A stretch of 32,000 nucleotides of DNA from Candidatus Saccharimonadota bacterium. Its GTDB lineage: Bacteria > Patescibacteriota > Gracilibacteria > BD1-5 > UBA2023. Below the pieces are notes generated by a model. It made no database searches. It saw nothing but the letters and a program-made list of their open reading frames with translations, and was not told where the DNA came from. Numbering within the stretch: the stretch's first letter is position 1; every line of letters begins with the position of its first letter. Below, in pieces: positions 22,106 to 29,420 of this stretch. The translations under genes were made by a program, and so were the position numbers. Location of the stretch: assembly GCA_963706795.1 (NCBI GenBank), contig OY970170.1, forward strand, positions 720,001 through 752,000, read 5' to 3'.

Positions 22106-22639
22106 ATGAAACTTATCTATATCCTATTTGCGCTTGTTTCTGTATTTGGATACTTCTTGTATTTCAATGACGACTACAGCTTTGAGAAAAATAAGAAGCA
22201 AATTATAAATGATAGCGTTATAAGAATAGCAAGTGCACACGCTGAAATTGATATTCACTGAGATCAATTTCAGAAGGCTTTATTATTGCTACATAAGAAT
22301 TCAGTGAGTTTTTTAAGTTTTACAGGTACGGGTGCTATCGAGTATCAAGCAAATGATAATATGTATTCATTAGGCCAAGGACCTTTGACGAAGGATGAAA
22401 TATCCTCAATACAAGATTTGTATTCTCAGGCTCACATTGATCAAATCTATAGCAGAGATAACTTGGATACTTATTTCATAAAAGCACCTAAATTAGAAAT
22501 TTCTTTTGTATACTCGATTAAAGAAAGAAATTTCTATCCTACAGAAAAGGTAGGATACTGATTTATTATTGATGAGTATAAAAATTGGTGAATCCTGCAA
22601 TCATGTACTCGTAATACATGTCAAGAATGACAAAAATAG
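22106..22639 (+). CDS. putative immunity protein 3 (N-terminal membrane anchor)
   Basis: MKLIYILFALVSVFGYFLYF forms a TM helix. Track ORF 22286-22561 is extended in both directions through 4 TGAs. 177 aa, TAG stop at 22637. Confidence 0.6.
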
Positions 22640-22663
22640 ATTAACCTTAACTACCTACTAACT

Positions 22664-23902
22664 ATGAAAAAACAGAATTTCCTCATTGCAGGATCCTCCC
22701 TTTTTCTTCTCTTCTGAGTATTTATTTCCAGTCCTCTTATATCCAACATTGTCCATGCGGAAGATACTCCAGTGACAACAGTTACTGCGGGTGGTATTCG
22801 TGTGCCAAATATACCAAAAGATCGCACAAAAAAGGGGCCCATGGTCATGGATTTTATATCTTTGCTTAAAGCAGGGAAATATACGGAGGGGCTTGCAGTA
22901 TATAGGGAGGCTATCAAAATAGCAGATCACCCAGAATTCCTCACGGGTGAAATGTTTATTGATAAAAAGATTGTTACACGACTGGCGAGTCTGAACAAGA
23001 AGCTAGAAGTTGCTAAAACAGCTACTAGCAAGAGCAATCTGCTCATTTTGCAAGGAAATGCTCGTTACGATGCATGAAACTATCTCTACTATCGTGACAG
23101 ACAAAAATATAGCTTGGTGGTACTCTATCAGTACCTGCTTGCAGTGGAGGCATTTGATAAATCCATCCTTATTACTGATAACTCTATAGCTCACAGGCAG
23201 AAATGAATCGTTATGAATGATCTTGGTTGATCAGAGGATCTGGCTATATCAGAGCTACAAAAAGCAATCGCAATGGATCCTTCAGACGACCGTGCCTTTT
23301 ATAGATTAGGGAATCTCTATTGAAAAAAGAAACAGTATGATCTTGCTATCTCATCCTATCTAAAATCTTTGTCTATTAATGGAAGTAATGAGCTTTCCTA
23401 TCTAAATCTTTGAGCTGCTTACAGTAATGCTTGAGAGGATGCTAAAGCTTATCAAGCCTATAATGATATGCTGAAGATATGTAAAGGCTATTGCCATGTT
23501 GCGGAATATAATATTTGAAGTCAGAAAATGTTTGAAGAAAAATACGATGAAGCTATCGAGTATATTGATCTTGCAATTAAACATGCAGCAGATAAGTGAG
23601 TAGTTTATAGGAATGCTTACCTTTTAAAGTGAACTATGTTTCAACTTCACTTTCGACCTCAAGAAGCATTAACAAATCTCAAAATGGCCGTGAATGATCC
23701 GAAGGAAATAAATACTGATGATAATAATCATAGTATATGTGATTATCCGGCTAGAGTGCATGCAAGAATTGCAGCAGCATATTTTGATCTTGGTGATCTT
23801 GAAAATTCTAAAAAGGAAATGAATATCAGTATCTCTATGGAGTCAGACGATCCGGAAACCAAACACATCATTGAGGTATGGAAGTCAAAAATGGGGCAAT
23901 AA
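22664..23902 (+). CDS. secreted TPR-repeat protein
   Basis: MKKQNFLIAGSSLFLLF[G]VFISSPLISNIVHA is a signal peptide. Track ORFs 22772-23077 and 23636-23902 join through 10 TGAs. TPR-like units: AFYRLGNLY[G]KKKQYDLAISSYLKSL and YLNL[G]AAYSNA[G]EDAKAYQAY. Confidence 0.75.
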
Positions 23903-23973
23903 GTTTACGTATCAATTGCTAAATTTATCGACATGAAATTGCATTAATTAATTCAATCTCCTCAGATCCTTTT

Positions 23974-24417
23974 ATGCGTATTCTCAAGAAGATATTTGTA
24001 TGGATTGTATGTCTTTGTTGTGGGTTATATGCGCTTATGACAGCGGATCTATTTTTCGGAGGTAAACTTTGAATGATCTATACATGATTATATTTGCTAC
24101 AATTGAGTGAGCGGCACTACGTAAATAGAATGTCTTCAGAGTATGAAGAGTACTTTAGGAAGTATATCCGTGGGGTCACCATTTCTGAATGGAAACTCTC
24201 TGATTTCCCTCGTGATGGTGAAATACAAATCTCAAGTTTCACTGCATCATGATCGAACTTAATACTTGTTTGAGGCAATCGCTTCTTACTTCTACATACC
24301 AAAGATGCTCACATTCTAAATGATGTAATAGATTTATCTTTTGTTACTAGGGTTTTAGATTCAAATTGGTTTGTTCTTGCTCCCTGCACGCGACTTTTTT
24401 GTCAGCTCGAGAAGTAG
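23974..24417 (+). CDS. small membrane-anchored protein (immunity-like architecture)
   Basis: Invisible in the standard-code track. ATG 23974 to TAG 24415 is open with 4 TGAs. MRILKKIFVWIVCLCCGLYALM forms a TM helix, followed by a ~115-aa domain. Confidence 0.55.
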
Positions 24418-24470
24418 GACTTACAGACAGTTGTTGTGAGATTTTCATTTAAAATAGCTTTCAATTTCTC

Positions 24471-24938
24471 ATGCAAAAACATATTTTATCGATCTTCTTG
24501 CCTATCGCTTGAGCGTTCATTCTTGTCCTAGCTGTTTTTGGTTATTTAGGCTGGTTTCCTGTATATAGTAACTTTGTCGGTAATACACAACAGTACAATG
24601 ATTTAGTAAGACTTATCCATGCTACTAATACAAAGGAATTTATATACGCTAATAAACCAGGATTTTGCGAGGATTGAAATTGTGATAAATGAACAATTGA
24701 TAAGATATTGTCTGCAATGGATAATCTCAAAATCGAGAGTATTGATAGTCGAGAAAAGGATACATACTGAATTATCTTTTATCTCAAAAAGGGTTGGTGG
24801 ACAAACAATCCTGCAATTTACCGATATAAAAAGGATAATTTTGGAGATACTGATGTTCATTGATGAGATGCAAAGAGAGCATGAACCGAAATTATTGAAA
24901 AGTATAACAATAGCTGGGTGCAACTAGATTGGCGTTAA
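24471..24938 (+). CDS. small membrane-anchored protein (immunity-like architecture)
   Basis: ATG 24471 to TAA 24936 is open with 7 TGAs, including a TGA-TGA pair. MQKHILSIFLPIA[G]AFILVLAVFGYLGWF forms a TM helix. Confidence 0.55.
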
Positions 24939-24980
24939 TTCACTCATAGCCTTTTAGTAAGTAGCGATTCTTTCAGGAAA

Positions 24981-25364
24981 ATGCCCACCATCTTCTTCAT
25001 CCATCTCCTCCTCATAATTGCCTGCACAGCGATCCTCGATTTTGTGTTCACGAAAAAGATTTCGACACAAAATCTCTGGATCGCCTGTATGGCTTTTGCG
25101 AGTTTTTGGATTATGGGGCTGTTTTTGTATTTGTCGATTGGGATCAGGATTGTGCGGTCGGCTGCGGCGTTATATATTTTCCCTGCGATGTTTTTGTTGT
25201 CGCTGTTTGTGAGTCCGTATCTGATTGCGCGACTTAAGAGGTCGCTTGCTTCGCAGAAAGGGAATGTTAGCTGACTCTTTATGGCGGTGAATTATGTTCT
25301 TGCTTTGCTGGGGCCGATCATCTTGTTTTTTATTGCGGTCCGGATCGATGAATCCCTTAGGTAG
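24981..25364 (+). CDS. small multipass membrane protein
   Basis: Track ORF 24981-25274 extended through TGA 25272 to TAG 25362. 127 aa, almost entirely hydrophobic segments. Confidence 0.6.
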
Positions 25365-25376
25365 TGAACTGTATTT

Positions 25377-25404
25377 TTGACATAGTTTTTACTGTCCGTA
25401 AACT
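25377..25404 (+). promoter_or_regulatory. promoter of paralog unit 1 (TTGACA-N16-TAAACT)
   Basis: TTGACA at 25377-25382 and TAAACT at 25399-25404. The same architecture and the same GTAAACTC core recur at units 2 and 3. Confidence 0.7.
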
Positions 25405-25456
25405 CACGCCAGCTTTTTTAAAGCATCAAACCAAAACCCATAGAAGGAGGTGTATC

Positions 25457-26164
25457 ATGGAAGTAACAGATCGAAATGTATGCCAGACTCTCAGGGATAC
25501 GTATGGACTTCGTAGTCTCCCACCTGATGTGGTACAGGTGTATCTAGAGAAACATCAATATGATGGCTTCAGTCAAAATGTACAAGCACGTCACAAAGCG
25601 ATATGGTGGTCGTTGTTCATTGTATTGAATCTCGCTGCGATCGTTCAGAGCTATATATTCGGTACGAGCATCAGTGGTTGGTTCAACATAATGACTTTGA
25701 TTGTTTCGTTCGCAAATATGTATCTCGTTGCTAATCTTCTTCGGATTATCTTTGGCGTTCACAGCTTTCATAAGGAGATGGAAGCTGCACAAGATACATC
25801 GAAGGTGATCGCGAAGTATTCAAATGAAGAGAAAGGATATGACTTGTTACGTCTCTCGTTTGAGTATCAGTGGGTATGTTACGAAGATCTCTCAAACTTC
25901 ACCATTGTTACTCTGCGCTGTCGGATCATATTTTGTATCATCCTGCTTTTAATGGGGTATGTAGAACATACTGTAATTCTCGTATTCTTGTTTGTAATAA
26001 CCGGCTTTGGCCAATGGTATGCGCAAACCAAAATTCATTCATACCTCTCGGCTCTGGCTCATTTCTATAATGACCCAACGAAGTGATACATACTGGTTGT
26101 TTCGCAAATATTTCCCTCTTTGGCGCCAGAATTTTGGCGTCTTTTTTGTGCTTCAAAATATTAA
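25457..26164 (+). CDS. 4-TM paralog family protein, copy 1 (function unknown)
   Basis: GGAGGTGTATC-ATG context. No internal TGA. N-terminal motif LRDTYGL and C-terminal motif QTKIHSYLSAL are shared with copies 2 and 3. The standard-code ORF ends at TGA 26084-26086. Under code 25 the first stop is TAA 26162, beyond the terminator. Confidence 0.65.
26122..26147 (+). terminator. terminator of unit 1
   Basis: ggcgcca-gaattt-tggcgtc hairpin followed by T6. Confidence 0.8.
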
Positions 26165-26175
26165 AAACCCATTAT

Positions 26176-26203
26176 TTGACATAAACAATCGTACATGTAA
26201 ACT
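26176..26203 (+). promoter_or_regulatory. promoter of paralog unit 2 (TTGACA-N16-TAAACT)
   Basis: TTGACA at 26176-26181 and TAAACT at 26198-26203. Confidence 0.7.
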
Positions 26204-26271
26204 CCGACGCAGTCTTCCAGGCAATGCACTGGATCACATACATCAAATCATACAAATACAGGAGGTGTATT

Positions 26272-26988
26272 ATGGAAAATCTTCCAGAAGATGTACCGCG
26301 GATGTTGCGTGAGAGGTATGGCAAATACTTCCCATTATCGGAAGAAATGGTCGTGGCTTATGAAAATAGACGAGGGACGAACGAGCTCATTTTAACAACG
26401 TTGCTGTGGGTAATGATTCTGCTCGTTGGTGTGCCAATTATGTTCGCATATTGGCAGTCACATGATCAGAATTTTGCTCGATTTCTTGCTATTCTGGCCG
26501 TAGTCTCGGTCATTCCATATGTGAGAGCTATCACTCTCATGGAGGGAATCAGGGAGGATGTAGAGTTATTCAACAATACGATTGCGGGTATTGATGAAAA
26601 AGAGCGTGCTCGGATGATTCAGAGTCACTTTATTGAATCAACTACGCCTGAATTACTCGAAGGTTGCTTCAAATTTGAGTGGATCAAGTATTCAAGCCCG
26701 CTTCTCTATGTTCGTCTAGCGCTTCAGTTGCTGTTCTGCATTATTCTTGCAACAGTACAGCAATGGGAATTTAGCATATTCCTCATAGCAGCGCTTGCTC
26801 TGCATGCCTATTACAAAATAGAAGCGCAGGGGCAAATTCATAAATATTTACAAAACCTACTCGACTTCAAGAACCATCCGATGCATGAGTGGTACTGAAT
26901 GTTGGGGGTATCGCATTGGGGGCACCGAGAAATCGGTGCCTTTTTTATGACTCACTCATGCGGTTGACATATATTTTCCACTTCGTAA
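26272..26988 (+). CDS. 4-TM paralog family protein, copy 2 (function unknown)
   Basis: AGGAGGTGTATT-ATG context. No internal TGA. Motifs LRERYGK and QGQIHKYLQNL. The standard-code ORF ends at TGA 26896-26898. Under code 25 the first stop is the TAA inside the -10 box of unit 3 (26986). Confidence 0.65.
26921..26946 (+). terminator. terminator of unit 2
   Basis: ggcaccga-GAAA-tcggtgcc, a perfect 8-bp stem with a GNRA loop, followed by T6. Confidence 0.85.
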
Positions 26989-26991
26989 ACT
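26964..26991 (+). promoter_or_regulatory. promoter of paralog unit 3 (TTGACA-N16-TAAACT)
   Basis: TTGACA at 26964-26969 and TAAACT at 26986-26991. Confidence 0.7.
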
Positions 26992-27068
26992 CTGATCAGT
27001 TTTCCGATTCGGTTGAGCTGGATTACCAAATCTGATTCATATCAAAACACAGAGAATGGAGGTATATC

Positions 27069-27683
27069 ATGTACAGCAAGCAAAACATTAATTCGTGTTT
27101 AGCTCATACGTATGGTCTGCAGGAACCATTGTCACCAGGTCTTATTGCTACATATAACAAAAAAGTCGTGGGCATTCCTGAGCTGGCATCATTTGCCTTT
27201 TGGCTTGTCTTGGGAATGGTGAGTGCCTCCTGTATCATCTTTTATGTTGATATAAAAGATCTCATGATTGGCTTTGGAGTCGTTGTTATTATCCTTAATG
27301 CTCATCCCATAAGGAGTATCCGTTGTACAACATCCGAGATCCATAGTCTTGCTATGCAGATGAGCGGTACTGAAGGTGAGCTGAGATCTCGCATACTCGA
27401 ACGACATCTCGATCAATCGAATGCTCAGTATTTGCTTGAGAGATGTTTTAGATATCAACATCTCTGTATTTGGCCAAAATTAGCGCTGTTGCGCTATGCA
27501 TGCTGTGCAATCTTTTACGGGGCGCTTCTATTCCAGGGGCAATACTGGCTCGCTGTTGGAGTGATTGCATCAGGCTTAGTAAGCATGTACCAAATAAGCA
27601 AAGCACAAGAGTACATTCAGTGGTACTTGCTGCAACTTATGGAAAAGGCGGGCGTGAAGTTTTTGATTATATGGCAAGTGTAA
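27069..27683 (+). CDS. 4-TM paralog family protein, copy 3 (function unknown)
   Basis: TGGAGGTATATC-ATG context. 204 aa, no internal TGA. Motifs LAHTYGL and KAQEYIQWYLLQL. It ends in a genuine TAA upstream of its terminator. Confidence 0.75.
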   Translation: MYSKQNINSCLAHTYGLQEPLSPGLIATYNKKVVGIPELASFAFWLVLGMVSASCIIFYVDIKDLMIGFGVVVIILNAHPIRSIRCTTSEIHSLAMQMSGTEGELRSRILERHLDQSNAQYLLERCFRYQHLCIWPKLALLRYACCAIFYGALLFQGQYWLAVGVIASGLVSMYQISKAQEYIQWYLLQLMEKAGVKFLIIWQV

Positions 27684-27706
27684 CTGACTGAATGCATCAA
27701 TAATCT

Positions 27707-27732
27707 GGCACCGAGAAATCGGTGTCTTTTTT
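27707..27732 (+). terminator. terminator of unit 3
   Basis: ggcaccga-GAAA-tcggtgtc followed by T6. 18 nt are identical to the unit 2 terminator. Confidence 0.85.
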
Positions 27733-27740
27733 ATGGCGTA

Positions 27741-27770
27741 AAAAAGATCCACATGACATGGATCTTTTGA
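27741..27770 (-). terminator. rho-independent terminator for the minus-strand membrane protein
   Basis: Minus strand reads aaaagatcca...tggatctttt and then further T. It lies directly after the TAA at 27772-27774. Confidence 0.75.
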
Positions 27771-27771
27771 T

Positions 27772-29097
27772 TTATGCTTTTTTCTTCGCCGTCTTCTTTT
27801 TTGTGACAGCTTTTTTCTTTGGTACATCTTCTTTTACTTCCTCTTTTTTCTCTTCAACAACTACTGGTGGTTTATTACTTGGACGTAGCTTTTTTGGTTT
27901 TGCCTCTGTCATTTCTCAAATCACTGTTGCTGGCTTACGAAGTATTCCAAATATGGAGAAATAAACCATGACCATCGCGCCTTCTGTGATCAAAAACCCG
28001 AGGAAGGTGAAGATGGATTCTATTTTCCATGCATCTGGATCGACGGCACTGTTATCGAGATATGGGAAGATGGCTTCGAGATATTGTGGATCAACACCAT
28101 CGGTTTTTGGATTGAATGCGTTGTTGATAGCGATGATACGCGCAATGTCTGTTTCGTTCAGCGCAAAGGCATTGAGGAAATGGTGCTTGATATATGAGTG
28201 ATCATCGACGAAGGTTTTTGGATCGGCTTTGGCGATTGCATTAATTGCGGTTTCTGCCCGTCCGATGAGGATTTTGTTACCAGTTCCTGTGATAAATCCG
28301 CCAACTGTTCCGATGATTGCAAGGAATGGGAGGATCAAAAAGAGCATCTTAAAGATCTTGCCCTTTGTGAGTGCGAGCGAATCTGTTACAAAGCTTCGGG
28401 CAGTCTTGGCCTTGTTTTCTTTATCCAAGAGCATCATATATCCGAATGTCATGCGGATCGCAAGAAGTGTCATCCATACGACACACACAACAAATCCAAC
28501 GAGCGAAATCCCGCCAAGGATCAACGAATGTGTCTGGTTACCTGGATTGAGTAGACCAAAATGCGTTGCCAGGAAGAGTACAAAAAGGATGGTGATCCCA
28601 GTCACGATCGGAGGCAAAACATAGAGCGAAGTCCACCCAAGAATCCCGAGGAACTTTTGGAGATGATAGCGCGAGAAAAACAGATTTTTAAAAATCGGGA
28701 GCTTCGTTCCTGCGAGGTAACTCTCATAGAGTTTGATCTCCAAAAAGTATGCATAAGTGAGTGTAAATCCAAAGATCGCAATAATCTTTACAAACAAAAT
28801 TCCCACACCGAGCAATATCCATGAATGCCCCATCAGTGCACCAAGAAGCCCATTATCAATACTTCCAGAAGTCGTAAAGAGTGAGAGCGAAGCCTCAGGT
28901 ACGGGACTGAGCACCACATATCCAGCCCAAACGATCAGTCCAATCGCCGGAAGAGAAAGAATTGTCGCGAAAACAAAGGCGTATGCCCAAATCACGATCT
29001 TGCTCGCATTCCAATGAAAGAAGTTTTTGTAGAGCAACGAAATATTTCGCATGATCAGTGTCAGCGAGAGCCAGTAGGTGTTGAGAATGGATTTCAT
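27772..29097 (-). CDS. multipass membrane protein with Lys/Glu-rich C-terminal tail
   Basis: Track ORF 27916-29106, with ATG at 29097 preferred over TTG 29106. The terminal TGA (tca at 27916-27918) is read as Gly and extends the protein by 47 aa: EMTEAKPKKLRPSNKPPVVVEEKKEEVKEDVPKKKAVTKKKTAKKKA. It then ends at TAA followed by a terminator. It has multiple long hydrophobic segments; no family recognised. Confidence 0.7.
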
Positions 29098-29221
29098 ATG
29101 GGGCAAAAGTTACATGGAGTCTAACAAGAGTCTGTGTTTTTTCAATTTTACTGCGTGCATACTGCATTCGTGAGTTTGACTCTGATGATTTTTTCTATAT
29201 CCTCTTTCTACAATTTACAGC

Positions 29222-29402
29222 GTTTGAGTGGCCAACACCCACGAGCTGAGGGAAGAACAGACTCGCGTCCTATTAGACCCCTCCGGAGCAGCCGTTACCG
29301 CATATCAAGTAGGATGATCTTCATCCAAGCCTCGGTGGCACCTTCCTTCTACGCTTAAGCTACGAAGGACCGAAGCACATGAATTATTCGTGTGTTTTTT
29401 TG
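29222..29402 (+). promoter_or_regulatory. T-box-like riboswitch leader (candidate Asp specifier) with attenuator terminator
   Basis: F-box CCGTTA at 29292-29297. Stem III-like hairpin ggatga-tct-tcatcc at 29312-29326. Antiterminator-like fold: cctcgg [TGGCACC bulge, 29336-29342] ttccttc...gaagga ccgaag. Terminator cacatgaa-tta-ttcgtgtg + T7 at 29377-29402, 19 nt before the aspS ATG. GAC triplets at 29260-29262 and 29276-29278. Confidence 0.6.
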
Positions 29403-29420
29403 TTTCTCTAAAAATTGCTT

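Noticed and set aside
13461-25364. Assignment of the RHS toxin to a type VI or type VII secretion system.
   Set aside because: No VgrG, PAAR, Hcp, EsxA or LXG features are present in the protein or in the window. The protein carries its own N-terminal Sec-type signal peptide, so only the WapA-like route is supported here.
25364-26271. Longer upstream starts given in the ORF track for paralogs 1 and 2 (25364 and 26224).
   Set aside because: The extensions would cover the conserved TTGACA/TAAACT promoter elements and leaders. All three paralogs share a GGAGGT-N5-ATG context at 25457, 26272 and 27069, and the homologous protein N-termini start there.
29134-29358. 74-aa ORF upstream of aspS. I also considered whether this region is an SRP RNA, RNase P RNA, tmRNA or a tRNA.
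   Set aside because: The ORF has no RBS and overlaps the structured leader. I could not find the SRP helix-8 motif (GGAA tetraloop with AGCA), the RNase P conserved GAGGAAAGUCC, or T-loop GTTCGAATC-type signatures. The F-box, T-box bulge and terminator order fits a T-box leader better.
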